This document shows, piece after piece, positions 42,670 to 54,582 of a stretch of 64,000 bases of DNA. Under the pieces are notes generated by a model that was not told the origin of the DNA, did not search any database, and saw only the letters and a program-made list of their open reading frames with translations. How positions within the stretch are numbered: the stretch's first letter is position 1; every line of letters begins with the position of its first letter. The translations under genes were made by a program, and so were the position numbers. Source of the stretch: Candidatus Eiseniibacteriota bacterium (GTDB lineage: Bacteria > Eisenbacteria > RBG-16-71-46). The DNA lies in contig CAVSAC010000019.1 in assembly GCA_963725865.1 (NCBI GenBank), positions 128,001 through 192,000 on the forward strand, read 5' to 3'.

Positions 42670-43710
42670 TCAGCGCCCGGCGGGCGAATCCACTTGCCGC
42701 ACCTGCTGTCCGCGGACGAGCTCGACGTTCGTGCGCCGCTTGCCGTCGACCATCACCTCGGCCAGGGCCGCCGGGAGCCCCGCGGCCTGGAATGGCTCCG
42801 GCCCGTCCTGCAGGTGGAAGTGCAGGTGAGGCTCGCTGGTATTGCCCGAGTTCCCGCACAGCCCCAGCGTGTCGCCGGCCGCGACCGAGTCGCCCACGAC
42901 GAATCGCAGGCTGCCGGGCTGCAGGTGCGCGAGCACCGCGAACTCCCCGCGGCCGAGGTCGAGGACGAACGCGTTGCCCATCGGGTGCGCGGGGTCCAGC
43001 TCGCCCGGCGACTGATCGGGGCGGCCGTCCTCGGCCCACACCACCCGGCCGGCCGCCGGCGCGACGATCGGCTGGCCGTAGCAGTAGTAGTCCTCGACCC
43101 GCGCGCCCTCGCCCCGATGGGTCGAGCCGTTCCGCACGATCACGAGGTCGTAGGCGAAGCGCTGGTCCCGCGCGACCACGTGCTGGTTCTGTTCGACGGT
43201 GCGACCGCCCCAGAACACCGTCCACTCGCCGTGCGCCGGCAGGCTCAATCGGGTGCGGGTCCGATATTCGAGGTACCGGCTCTCCGCCGCCCGCGGCGGT
43301 TCCGCGGGATCGGGCTTGACCCAGAAGCCGGCGATGCGCCCGCGCTCGTCGAACGCGAACTGCAGCAGCAGTGGCGTGCCGACGCGCGCGAACCGGCAGC
43401 GCGCGTTGTAGACCAGCAGGGCGTCGTGGCGCTCGACGCCATCGGTGAGGCAGGAATCGAGCGGGCCGGTCTGCCCGGCGATCGAGCGCAGCGTGGCGCC
43501 GAGGTGGACCGAGTCCTGGAGCGCCACGCGCATCGCGGGAGCGAACTCCACCCAGAGCGGCGCCGGGTCCGCCGCGCGCACCGCCGCCTGCAGCGCGCGG
43601 CCCTTCGCGAGCGCCTCCGCGTCGCCAAACGCGGGCGGGCGGGCGTCCGCGCCGAACGCGGGCATCGACGACAGCCCGAGCAGGATCGGGACGATGAGGA
43701 CGATTCGCAT
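42670..43710 (-). CDS. Secreted M23-family peptidase with N-terminal DUF3887-like domain
   Basis: Signal peptide; FDERGRIAGFW; QRFAYD, APAAGRVV, GN, AHLQPGS, CGNSGNTSEPHLHF; GGAGG RBS. Confidence 0.82.
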   Translation of the reverse strand: MRIVLIVPILLGLSSMPAFGADARPPAFGDAEALAKGRALQAAVRAADPAPLWVEFAPAMRVALQDSVHLGATLRSIAGQTGPLDSCLTDGVERHDALLVYNARCRFARVGTPLLLQFAFDERGRIAGFWVKPDPAEPPRAAESRYLEYRTRTRLSLPAHGEWTVFWGGRTVEQNQHVVARDQRFAYDLVIVRNGSTHRGEGARVEDYYCYGQPIVAPAAGRVVWAEDGRPDQSPGELDPAHPMGNAFVLDLGRGEFAVLAHLQPGSLRFVVGDSVAAGDTLGLCGNSGNTSEPHLHFHLQDGPEPFQAAGLPAALAEVMVDGKRRTNVELVRGQQVRQVDSPAGR

Positions 43711-43732
43711 CGACGACCTCCGTGTCGTGAAC

Positions 43733-45067
43733 TCAGCCGCGCGCGCGCGCGGCCGCAACCTCTGCGAGCACCGCCCTTGCGATCGCCGTCGCGGCGTCGG
43801 GACGGGCGAGTGCGACCGCCCCCTCGTGCAGGCGCCGGCGCTCCTCGTCATCGACGAGCAGGCGGCCCACCTCGTGCTCCACCGCCGCGACGGTGGGGGC
43901 GTGCAACGCGGCGCCCGCCTTCTCGAGCACCGTCGCGTTGCGCACCTCCTGCCCCGGCGTCGGCCGGAAGATCACCATCGGCACGCCTTTTACGAGCGCC
44001 TCCGCGCACGTGAGCCCGCCGGCCTTGCTCACCAGCACGTCGCAGGCCTCGAGCAGCACGTCCACCTCGTGGGTGAACCCGAGCGCACGGATGTCGCCGG
44101 CGGCGGCGGCCGGGAGCGCCTGGATCTGGACGCGCAGCGCCTCGTTGGTGCCGCACACCACCACCACCTGCGGACGCGTCGGCAGCGCAGCGAGTCGCTG
44201 CGCCAGCTCCGCGAGCGGACCTACGCCGCTGCCCCCGCCCATCACGAGCACCAGCGCGCGATCCGAGTCGAGCCCGAGGCGCTCGCGCGCCTGGGCGCGC
44301 GGGATGCGCTGCGCGAAGCGGGGCTCCACCGGGATGCCGGTGACGTCGATGCGCGCGGACGGCACTCCGTAACCGGCGAGGTCCTCGGCGGCCCGCTCGC
44401 CGGCCACGAACCAGCGGTCCACGTTCGGGATCGCCCAGAACGGATGCGCGGCGAAGTCCGTGATGACGCAGTTGAGGGGCACCCCGAGCGCCCCGCGCGC
44501 GCGCATCGGACCCAGCGCCTCGACCGGCAGGAAGTGGGTGCAGACCACCGCGTCGGGCTGCTCGCGCTCGACCACGCGCGCGAGCCGGCGCAGGTTGAGG
44601 CGGTCCATCAGGCGCGCGCCGGGCGCCACGCGGCGCATGGGCGCGCTCTCCCACGAGCGGTAGAGCAGGCCCCACAGCTGCGGCGCGCGTGCGGCCAGCA
44701 GGTCGTAGCCCTGCGCGTAGGCGGTGCGGTAGAAGCCGGAGGCGAACACCAGGGTGTCCACCTCGCGCACGGAGGCGGTCGGGTCCAGCCGCTGGATCGC
44801 CTCGGCGATCGCCTGCGCGGCGCGCCGGTGGCCGCTGCCGGCGGTGGCGTGGAGGATCGCGATCCGCGGCCCGCGCGCGGTACCGCCGGCCGCCAGCGTG
44901 CCGACCGCGACCATGCCGTGCGCCGACTCGGGGAACAGCACCTCGCCCGGTGCGATCGCGCGCCAGCGGCGGCGCCACCACAGCCGCTGCAGGCGCACGC
45001 GGGCGCTCCACCGGCGAGTCAGACCGCGCGGCAGGCGCAGCCGGCCGATACTGGGTACGCGGACCAT
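43733..45067 (-). CDS. Diacylglycerol glycosyltransferase (MGDG synthase/UgtP-like, GT28)
   Basis: AGSGHRRAA, VVCTHFLP, VITDF..HPFW, TGIPV, MGGGSG, SKAGGLT, PGQEVRNA; AAGGAGG RBS. Confidence 0.85.
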   Translation of the reverse strand: MVRVPSIGRLRLPRGLTRRWSARVRLQRLWWRRRWRAIAPGEVLFPESAHGMVAVGTLAAGGTARGPRIAILHATAGSGHRRAAQAIAEAIQRLDPTASVREVDTLVFASGFYRTAYAQGYDLLAARAPQLWGLLYRSWESAPMRRVAPGARLMDRLNLRRLARVVEREQPDAVVCTHFLPVEALGPMRARGALGVPLNCVITDFAAHPFWAIPNVDRWFVAGERAAEDLAGYGVPSARIDVTGIPVEPRFAQRIPRAQARERLGLDSDRALVLVMGGGSGVGPLAELAQRLAALPTRPQVVVVCGTNEALRVQIQALPAAAAGDIRALGFTHEVDVLLEACDVLVSKAGGLTCAEALVKGVPMVIFRPTPGQEVRNATVLEKAGAALHAPTVAAVEHEVGRLLVDDEERRRLHEGAVALARPDAATAIARAVLAEVAAARARG

Positions 45068-45075
45068 GTCCTCCT

Positions 45076-45426
45076 TCACGTCTGCACGGCGTTGCGGTAG
45101 TGACGCAGCCGCAGGCCGTCGTCCGTGAGCTCCATCGCGACCACGTCGATGCGCACCCATCGCACGCCGCGCGCCTCGAGCGCGAGCCCGGCGCGGCGCA
45201 GCCGGTCACGCTTGCCGTGGTCCACCGCCAGAGCGGCGCCGCCGTAGTCGGCGCGGCCACGGTACTTGACCTCCACCAGCACGCGCGTGCTGCCCTCGAG
45301 CGCCACCAGATCGACCTCCACCCCTCCGATGCGCACGTTGCGTTCGATCTCGCTCCAGCCGATCAACTCCAGGTACGTGGCGGCGAGCGTCTCACCCGCC
45401 TGGCCGCGCGAACGGGCCGTTCCCAT
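45076..45426 (-). CDS. yraN: YraN family (UPF0102) putative nuclease
   Basis: GQAGETLAATYL, RN..GVEVDLV, VEVKYR, RIDVV; typical position after rnhB. Confidence 0.88.
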   Translation of the reverse strand: MGTARSRGQAGETLAATYLELIGWSEIERNVRIGGVEVDLVALEGSTRVLVEVKYRGRADYGGAALAVDHGKRDRLRRAGLALEARGVRWVRIDVVAMELTDDGLRLRHYRNAVQT

Positions 45427-45584
45427 CTTCCCTCCCGCGGGGGCGGGCCCTGGGGGCCGGAGGCGGCCGCAGTCTACCCGATGCGCACGCGCGTTGCGCG
45501 GATGCCTCGCGGTTCGCCCGCCGGGTTGCATCCCGCGCGCCCGGTGGTCGCGGGCCGGTTCTCGTGCACCACGAACCGCCCGAC

Positions 45585-46214
45585 TCACCCGAGCGGCAGC
45601 TCGAGCGTGCTCACGGGCGAGAACGAGTAGCGGTGCAGCGCGCAGGGGCCGTGGCGCTGGATCGCCGCGAGGTGCTCGGCGGTGCCGTAGCCCTTGTGGC
45701 GCGCGAAGCCGTACGCGGGGTAGACGCGGTCGAGGCGCTCCATGATGCGGTCGCGGACCACCTTCGCGAGGATCGAGGCCGCCGCGATCGAGAGCATGCG
45801 CGCGTCGCCGCCGATCACGGTCTGCTGCTCGCACGTGAGCCCCGGCACCTCGCTGTCGCCGTCCACCAGCACCAGCGCGGGCGGCACGCGCAGGCGCGCG
45901 ACCGCGCGGCGCATCGCCTCGAGCGAGGCGCGACGGATGTTGAGCCGGTCGATGGCGCGCGGGCCCACCACCGCCCATGCGAACGCCCGGGCCTCGATCA
46001 GGACCCGGGCGTAGAGGACTTCGCGCCGCTCGGCACTCAGCTTCTTGCTGTCATCGAGACCTTCGCACCATTCGCCGGGCGCGAGCACCACCGCGGCGGC
46101 GACCACCGGTCCCGCGAGCGGCCCGCGGCCGGCTTCGTCCACCCCCGCCACCGTCGCGCCGTCCCCTGCGAGCAGGGCTTCGGCACGCGCGAGCCGGCGC
46201 CAGGGCGCGAGCAT
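45585..46214 (-). CDS. rnhB: Ribonuclease HII (in frame with rplS as read)
   Basis: AGVDEAGRGPLAGPV, DSKKL, LVDG, SIAAASILAKV.RD, KGYGT..H. Confidence 0.92.
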   Translation of the reverse strand: MLAPWRRLARAEALLAGDGATVAGVDEAGRGPLAGPVVAAAVVLAPGEWCEGLDDSKKLSAERREVLYARVLIEARAFAWAVVGPRAIDRLNIRRASLEAMRRAVARLRVPPALVLVDGDSEVPGLTCEQQTVIGGDARMLSIAAASILAKVVRDRIMERLDRVYPAYGFARHKGYGTAEHLAAIQRHGPCALHRYSFSPVSTLELPLG

Positions 46215-46577
46215 CACTTCGTGAGCGGTCTCGACTCCGCGCTTCTCGGTCAGGCGCGCGGCCTTGCCGGTCTTCTTGCGCAGGTAGAACAGCTTCGCGC
46301 GGCGGACCTTCGACTGCTTCACCAGCTTGATCTCGGAGACCGTCGGGCTGTGGAGCGGGAACGTGCGCTCGACCCCGATGCCCTCGGAGATCTTCCGCAC
46401 GGTGAAGGTCTTGCGCAGACCGGCACCGCGCACGTTGATGACGTCGCCGCGGAACTTCTGCTGGCGCGACTTGTCGCCTTCGACCACCAGCACCGAGACC
46501 TCGACGTGGTCGCCGGGCCGCAGGTCGGGGCGGTCGCTCTTGGCGTGAGCGGCTTCGAGCTTCTCGATCAGGCCCAT
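46214..46577 (-). CDS. rplS: 50S ribosomal protein L19 (no in-frame stop as read; probable TGA at 46216-46214 if one extra base is removed)
   Basis: PGDHV.V..VEGDKSRQQ.F.G, TFTVRKISEGIGVERTFPLHSP, KVRRAKLFYLR; AAGGAG RBS. Confidence 0.93.
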
Positions 46578-46636
46578 CTCCGGGCTCCTTTCCAGTGGAT
46601 CGTGCCCGGGACCTCCCAGGGCGATAGCGGCGCGGG

Positions 46637-46665
46637 AGTATAGGGGAACCGCCCGGCGGCGCCAA
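46637..46665 (-). promoter_or_regulatory. Sigma70-like promoter of rplS-rnhB
   Basis: TTGGCG-N17-TATACT on the minus strand, about 60 nt upstream of rplS. Confidence 0.65.
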
Positions 46666-46731
46666 GTCGGGGCGAGCACGGCGGCTGGAGCGGCGATGAC
46701 CGAGAGCGACCCCAGTGCGCGGCGGCGGCCC

Positions 46732-47436
46732 CTACCGATACAGCGACTTGATCTGCCCCCAGCTGCTCCGGTTCGCGGGCTGCGTCCCGAGCGCGCCGGC
46801 GGGCCCGAGCCGCGATGGGGCGCCGCTCTGCACCGTGAAGTCCTCCCAGCGCTGGATGTACCAGCGTGTCGAGTCGGGCGCCAGCCCCGGGACCGGCGGC
46901 AGGCTCGCGGCGTCGCCGCGGATCAGGAAGAACCGCGCATCGCCTTGGGTCTCGAGCTGGCTCGACGAGCGGCGGATGACCAACACGACACCGACGTCGA
47001 CTTGGCGGTGGAACCGATCGCGCATCCCCGGACGCGTGTCGGCAAAGTCCGCCAACGCGTTGGTGTAGTCGAGCGAGATGCTGGCCGCGGGCTCCTCGGT
47101 CGAGTTGCCCTCCACGAACAGGTGCCGCGCCGAGAGCAACTCATCCGCTCGACTCCATGGCGAGCCGCGGTACGGGTTCCCCGCGGCGTCGAGCGGCGAG
47201 AACGCGAACACGAAGTCGTCGGTGAACAGCGTCGGATAGTCGTCCATCGAGCGATTGCGATAGCTGGCCTGGAGCACCTTCACGGCGTTCACGGGCGAGT
47301 TGGCGACCAGCGGGGTAACGACCGGCTGCACGACCTTGGGGAACGGACTCTCGGTCGAGCAACCCGCGAGGCCGAGCGGAGCGTTGGCGAGGACGAGGAG
47401 CGCGGCGAGTGCCCGGATGCGGCCGGTGCGATGCAT
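46732..47436 (-). CDS. Predicted lipoprotein ending in SSWGQIKSLYR
   Basis: LAGC lipobox; possible NTF2-like core (Y..LFTDDFVF, WYIQRWED); C-terminal WG..K..YR. Confidence 0.72.
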   Translation of the reverse strand: MHRTGRIRALAALLVLANAPLGLAGCSTESPFPKVVQPVVTPLVANSPVNAVKVLQASYRNRSMDDYPTLFTDDFVFAFSPLDAAGNPYRGSPWSRADELLSARHLFVEGNSTEEPAASISLDYTNALADFADTRPGMRDRFHRQVDVGVVLVIRRSSSQLETQGDARFFLIRGDAASLPPVPGLAPDSTRWYIQRWEDFTVQSGAPSRLGPAGALGTQPANRSSWGQIKSLYR

Positions 47437-47591
47437 TCGGATCTCCCTCGGGGGGCGCCCGAAGGATAGCACGGCGACGCCGCGCAGCTACAGTCGCGCG
47501 CTCCGCCGTCGCACGCCGCGTCGTGCCCCCACCCCACCGCGACCGCCCCCGTCGTTGGCCTCGCCCGCCGCTTCGGCTACCCTCGCGCCGA

Positions 47592-48989
47592 ATGTTCGCC
47601 CGCAGCCGGCAGATCCTCGCCACCAGCTTCTTCCTGCTCGATGCCGTGCTCCTGTACGGCTCGTGGCTGGGCGCGTACTGGTTGCGCTTCCACGGGCTCG
47701 GCATGCCGGCGCCGCTCGGCATCCCGCCGCTGTCGCTCTACCTGTGGAGTGGCGCGGTGCTCACCCCGATCGCGCTGCTGATCCTGCGCACGCTGCGGGT
47801 GTACCGCTCCGCGCGCACCGCGCGGCTCTCGCTCGAGATCTACCACGTCGCGGTCGCCATGCTGGTCACGGCGGCGCTGGCCGGCGTCGGCTCGTTCTAC
47901 GCGCGCGGCGAGCTGAGCCGCTCGATGGTGCTGATCTTCCTGGTGCTCGGCACCACCGTGATGAGCGCCAGCCGGCTCGCGCTGCGGCTGGTGCTGCGCG
48001 CGCTCCGGCGCATGGGCCGCAACCTGCGGCACGTGCTGATCGTCGGCACCGGCGAGCTGGCTCAGATCCTGATCGAGAAGATCCACGCCCACGACGACTT
48101 CGGCCTGCGCATCGAGGGGCTGGTGGCGGCGCGCGCCGACGAGGTCGGCACTACCGTCGGCGGCCATGAGGTCGTGGGCGTGGTGAGCGACCTGCAGCGG
48201 CTGGTGGAGCGCTGCGGCGCCGAGATCGTCTACCTCGCGCTGGCCCGCGCGGAGCACGAGGCCGAACTCGAGGCGCTCACGCGGCTGTCGGACTCCACCG
48301 CGGCGGTGCGGCTGGTGCCGGACCTGTCGACCGCGTTCCGCCTGAACGCCAGCGTCGAGGACTTCGACGGCATGCCGGTGGTGCTGGTGACCGAGACGCC
48401 GGAGCAGGGCTGGAACGCGCTCCTCAAGCGGGTGTTCGACCTGGTGGTCTCGGGGCTCGCGCTGATCGTGCTCGCGCCGGTGCTGCTGGTGCTCGCGATC
48501 CTCGTCCGGCTCGACTCGCCGGGCCCCATCCTGTACGCGCAGGAGCGCGTCGGCATGAGCGGGCGCCGCTTCCGGATGCTCAAGTTCCGCAGCATGCGCG
48601 TCGACGCCGAGGCGCACGGCCCGGGCTGGTCGGTGAAGGACGATCCGCGCCGCACGCGGCTGGGCGAGACGCTGCGGCGCTACTCCCTCGACGAGCTGCC
48701 GCAGCTGTGGAACGTGTTCGTGGGCCAGATGAGCCTGGTGGGCCCGCGCCCCGAGCAACCGATGTACGTCGAGCGCTTCCGCGCCGCGATCCCCCGCTAC
48801 ATGCTGCGCCACCACATGAAGGCGGGCATGACCGGCTGGGCGCAGGTGCACGGGCTGCGGGGCGACACGCCGCTCGAGCAGCGCATCGAGTACGACCTGC
48901 ACTACATCAAGAACTGGTCGCTGGGGCTCGACCTGAAGATCATCGCGCTCACCGCGGTGCGCGTGTTCCGCGACGCCAGCGCGCACTGA
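47592..48989 (+). CDS. wcaJ: Undecaprenyl-phosphate glucose phosphotransferase (WcaJ-like priming enzyme)
   Basis: Four N-terminal TMs, VLIVGTG, KRVFD, KFRSM, DELPQLWNV, MSLVGPRPE, GMTGWAQV, DLHYI.NWS..LD. Confidence 0.9.
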   Translation: MFARSRQILATSFFLLDAVLLYGSWLGAYWLRFHGLGMPAPLGIPPLSLYLWSGAVLTPIALLILRTLRVYRSARTARLSLEIYHVAVAMLVTAALAGVGSFYARGELSRSMVLIFLVLGTTVMSASRLALRLVLRALRRMGRNLRHVLIVGTGELAQILIEKIHAHDDFGLRIEGLVAARADEVGTTVGGHEVVGVVSDLQRLVERCGAEIVYLALARAEHEAELEALTRLSDSTAAVRLVPDLSTAFRLNASVEDFDGMPVVLVTETPEQGWNALLKRVFDLVVSGLALIVLAPVLLVLAILVRLDSPGPILYAQERVGMSGRRFRMLKFRSMRVDAEAHGPGWSVKDDPRRTRLGETLRRYSLDELPQLWNVFVGQMSLVGPRPEQPMYVERFRAAIPRYMLRHHMKAGMTGWAQVHGLRGDTPLEQRIEYDLHYIKNWSLGLDLKIIALTAVRVFRDASAH

Positions 48990-49054
48990 GTCGCGCGGGA
49001 GCGCGGCTCAGGCGGGGGCGCGGGCCGCGCGACGTCGCGCCCGGCACCGCGCGA

Positions 49055-51054
<2,000 letters not shown>

Positions 51055-51130
51055 CTAGGGCAGACGCACCACGAGGGTCAAACCCCGGGCGGACGGCGGC
51101 CGTCGCGCGGATCTTGTAGGCTGTGCCGCC

Positions 51131-51850
51131 ATGATGGATCGTTCCGGCCAGTCCCCCCCGCGTCCCACGCTGCTGCGCCGCGCCCTCGGGCGCGCGCGGC
51201 GGACGCTCTGGCCCACGACGCTCGAGCGCTCGTACCGGCGCTGGATCGCGGATCGCGGCGACGCGACGCGCCGGCTCGACTACGCGCTCCGCCCGGAATC
51301 GGTGGTGCTCGACGTGGGCGGGTATCGAGGCGACTGGGCGGAGCAGATGTGCGCGCGCTGCGCCTGTACCGTGCACGTGTTCGAGCCGGTTCCGGAATTC
51401 GCCGACGCGACGCGCGCCCGGCTCGCGGATTGGCCCCGGGTGCACGTGCACGCCTTCGGCCTAGCGGGAAGCACCCGGACCAGCGCGTTCGCGATGGCGG
51501 CCGATGGCTCGTCGGCGCTGCGTGCCGGCGGCGAGCGGCGGGTGGAGCTGCGCGCCGCGGCCGAGGTGTTCGCCGAGCTCGGTCTGGGCGCGGTCGAACT
51601 GATGAAGGTCAACATCGAGGGCGGCGAGTACGAGTTGATCGAGCACCTGCTCGACGCCGGGCTGATCGCGCGCATCGAGCACCTGCAGGTGCAGTTCCAC
51701 GACTTCGTTCCCGATGCGCGGCGGCGCATGCGCGGCCTGCAGCAGCGCCTCGCGGAGACGCACGCGCTGGATTGGCAGTACGTCTTCATCTGGGAGAGCT
51801 GGCACCGGCGGCACGGCGGCGCGGACGGCCAGCAGGCTCCGGCACGCTGA
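51131..51850 (+). CDS. FkbM family methyltransferase
   Basis: VLDVGGYRG, HVFEP, LMKVNIEGGEY, QVQFH. Confidence 0.85.
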   Translation: MMDRSGQSPPRPTLLRRALGRARRTLWPTTLERSYRRWIADRGDATRRLDYALRPESVVLDVGGYRGDWAEQMCARCACTVHVFEPVPEFADATRARLADWPRVHVHAFGLAGSTRTSAFAMAADGSSALRAGGERRVELRAAAEVFAELGLGAVELMKVNIEGGEYELIEHLLDAGLIARIEHLQVQFHDFVPDARRRMRGLQQRLAETHALDWQYVFIWESWHRRHGGADGQQAPAR

Positions 51851-51856
51851 GGCGGC

Positions 51857-53008
51857 ATGCGCGTCTTTCTCGCACTCGCGAGCAGCCCGAATCCGACGTT
51901 CGCGTCCGACCTGTGGAAGTGGAACCTCCACGACCCGCTGGTGGACCTCGGCCACGACGTGGTGCTGTGGGACGGCGGTATCCAGCCGCTCTTCGACGTG
52001 GATCCCGCGAGTCCGGAGTGCGTGCCGCTGCGCGCACGCTTCAGCGCCGATTTCGCCCGGGCGGTCGATGAGGCCAACCGCGCCGGGAGACTCGACCTGG
52101 TGCTGACCTATGTCAGCGACAGCCACCTCGAGCCCGCGACGATCGAGCAGGTCCGCACGCGCGTCGCTCCCACGATCAATTTCTTCTGCAACAACGTGCA
52201 CCAGTTCCACCTCGTCCAACGCACCGCTCGCTACTTCGACCACTGCCTGGTGCCCGAAGGCGTGGCGATCCGCAAGTACGAGCGCGCGGGGGCGCGCCCG
52301 ATCTTCTGGCCGATGGCCGCGAACCCCACCTACTACCGCCCCGTGGACGTGCCGCTGCGCTACGACGCGACCTTTGCCGGGCAGCGCTACGCCGATCGCG
52401 GCAGCCTGGTGCTCGCGCTGCTGCGCGGCGGCGTGGCCGCCGACGCATTCGGACAGAGCTGGCGCGTGGGTTCGAACGCCGCGGGCCCCGGGGACCGTCC
52501 GGGCCCGGCCGTGGTGCGCGCGCTCGACCTGCTGCGTCACGGCCGCGATCCGCTGCGCGCGATGCGCGACACGCTCGATTGGAGAGCGCTCGCCGCCGGC
52601 TACCCCGAGCACCTGCACGGACCGGTCTCCGACGAGCAATACGTACGCCTCTACAGCGAGAGCCGCATCAGCCTCGGCTTCGTGATCGTGGGGGACACCC
52701 ATCGCACGCTGCGGCCGCAGACCCAGGTCCGGCTGCGCGAGTTCGAGGGGCCGATGTCGGGGGCGTTCTACATGACGGGCTGGCTCGACGAGATGGCGCT
52801 GCACTACGACGTGGGTCGCGAGATCGTCTGCTACCACTCGGCGGAGGAGCTGGTGGACCGCGCCCGTTACTACCTCGCCCACGACGACGAGCGCGAGCGC
52901 ATCCGCCGTGCCGGCCACGAGCGCGCGCGCCGCGACCACACGTGGCATCGCCGCTTCGAGACCCTGTTCGCCGAGCTGCGCCGGCGCGGCGTGCTGCGCT
53001 CCGCCTGA
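51857..53008 (+). CDS. CgeB-like (GT-B) glycosyltransferase
   Basis: PMAANP, ATFAGQRY..R, SRISLGF, RLREFE, YYLAHDDERERI..AGHERA.RDHTW. Confidence 0.8.
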   Translation: MRVFLALASSPNPTFASDLWKWNLHDPLVDLGHDVVLWDGGIQPLFDVDPASPECVPLRARFSADFARAVDEANRAGRLDLVLTYVSDSHLEPATIEQVRTRVAPTINFFCNNVHQFHLVQRTARYFDHCLVPEGVAIRKYERAGARPIFWPMAANPTYYRPVDVPLRYDATFAGQRYADRGSLVLALLRGGVAADAFGQSWRVGSNAAGPGDRPGPAVVRALDLLRHGRDPLRAMRDTLDWRALAAGYPEHLHGPVSDEQYVRLYSESRISLGFVIVGDTHRTLRPQTQVRLREFEGPMSGAFYMTGWLDEMALHYDVGREIVCYHSAEELVDRARYYLAHDDERERIRRAGHERARRDHTWHRRFETLFAELRRRGVLRSA

Positions 53009-53017
53009 GCGCCGGAC

Positions 53018-54382
53018 TCAGCCGTGGGCGCGCACCGCGGCCAGCGCCGCGAGGCCGCCCAGCCCGAGCAGCAGCAGCAGCAGTCCGCGCGGCGTCAGCG
53101 GCACGCCGCAGCGCGTCATCACCACCCCGGAGAGCGCGAGCGAGAACGTGCCCGCGAACGCGTAGGCGGCGGCGAGGCTCATGGTGCCGAGGCCGAGCGC
53201 GCGCGCCGCGACGTAGCCCGCGCCGAGCGCCAGCGGATAGGACACCCCGAGCGGGAACAGCAGGCGGACGCCGCCGAGGGGAAGCGCCCCGAACATCCAC
53301 GCCTGCATCGCGACCTTGGCGAACTCGCCGTAGAGCGTCCACACGATCATCGGGCGCGCGGCGTCGAACTGACGCGAATAGAGCAGGTGGAGCAGGGGCG
53401 TCGCGAGCAGCATCGCGAGCGCGAACGCGGGCGCGGCGACCGCGATCAGGGGCGACCACTGACGCCGCGTGTAGTCCCGCACGCCCTCCGGCCCCGCCGC
53501 GCCGCTGATGCGGCCGAATGCGTAGTTGGCGAGGTAGGCGTAGAAGATCGCGCCGCCCTGCTGGGAGAGCGCGAGCGCGGCCTGGAACAGCCCGTTGGCC
53601 GCGAAACCGAGGGTCTGGGCAAAGTGGGTCCGGACCGCGAACAGCATGCTCTGGTCGACGACCGACATCACGAGCGCGGTGGCGGCGACCCGCAGCATCG
53701 CGCGCGCGCGGCCGCGGTCGAAGCGCGGCGACGGCAGCGGAAGGAACGCGTCCCGGTAGCGGCGCCAATGCCAGGTCAGCGTGCCGACGATCGCGATCGG
53801 GAACAACACCACCGCGCCCGTCAGGGCCCCGCGCAGGCCGAACGCCGGCAGCAGCGCGACCACCGCCACGGTGGCCGCGAGGTTGCCGATGACGGCGTAG
53901 GTGAGCGGGGCGGTCAGGTCGGAGCGCCCGGCGAACAGGGCCTGGACGACTCCCTGGAACGCGAGTCCGGCGACGCCGATCAACGCGATGCGCACCAGCA
54001 GCGGATCGCCGCCGGGCCCCAGCATCGCCCGCGCGCACGCCGGCGCGAACACCGCGGCGAGCACCGCCACGCAGCCGACGGTCACCCCGACGACGCTGAG
54101 CGCGGTCGACATCACGCGTCGGACGGTCGCCGCGTCGTCGCTCGCGCTCGCCGCCCCGACGGCCTGGGCCACCGGCATTCCGAGGCCCATGCCGCTGCCG
54201 GTGCCGAGCCAGGTCATGCCGGTCATCACCTGGGCCAGCACGCCCATCCCCGCGGTGCCGAGGAAGTGGGCGAAGAGCTTGTTGCGGACGGCGCCACCGA
54301 GCACGGCGATGGCAATTGCGCCCGCGCCGAGGACGAGTCGTCCCGCGCGCGCGCGCCAGACCGCGTACCAGCCTTCGCTCAT
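53018..54382 (-). CDS. wzx: Polysaccharide flippase (Wzx/MOP family)
   Basis: RNKLFAHFLG..GMG, many TM segments, LG.AANGLFQAA, LLYSRQF, GEFAK. Confidence 0.78.
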   Translation of the reverse strand: MSEGWYAVWRARAGRLVLGAGAIAIAVLGGAVRNKLFAHFLGTAGMGVLAQVMTGMTWLGTGSGMGLGMPVAQAVGAASASDDAATVRRVMSTALSVVGVTVGCVAVLAAVFAPACARAMLGPGGDPLLVRIALIGVAGLAFQGVVQALFAGRSDLTAPLTYAVIGNLAATVAVVALLPAFGLRGALTGAVVLFPIAIVGTLTWHWRRYRDAFLPLPSPRFDRGRARAMLRVAATALVMSVVDQSMLFAVRTHFAQTLGFAANGLFQAALALSQQGGAIFYAYLANYAFGRISGAAGPEGVRDYTRRQWSPLIAVAAPAFALAMLLATPLLHLLYSRQFDAARPMIVWTLYGEFAKVAMQAWMFGALPLGGVRLLFPLGVSYPLALGAGYVAARALGLGTMSLAAAYAFAGTFSLALSGVVMTRCGVPLTPRGLLLLLLGLGGLAALAAVRAHG

Positions 54383-54428
54383 CCGCGCAGTGTCGGGAAA
54401 TCCCGCGCGGAGTGTCAACCCGCGTGCA

Positions 54429-54437
54429 TGCTATAGT
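54429..54437 (+). promoter_or_regulatory. Extended -10 element for the asnB operon
   Basis: TGcTATAGT in the divergent wzx/asnB gap. Confidence 0.5.
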
Positions 54438-54582
54438 GCCGCGGTCCGCGCCCGCGCAGCGCGCCTTCCATCCATCTCCGCACGGAGCTCGATGCAGTCG
54501 AAGATCCTCTGTCCACGGACGGCGCGGCCGCGCCGTCGCGCCGTCCCGCGACCGCGCGGATCGCGGCGCGAGGACACCTGAG

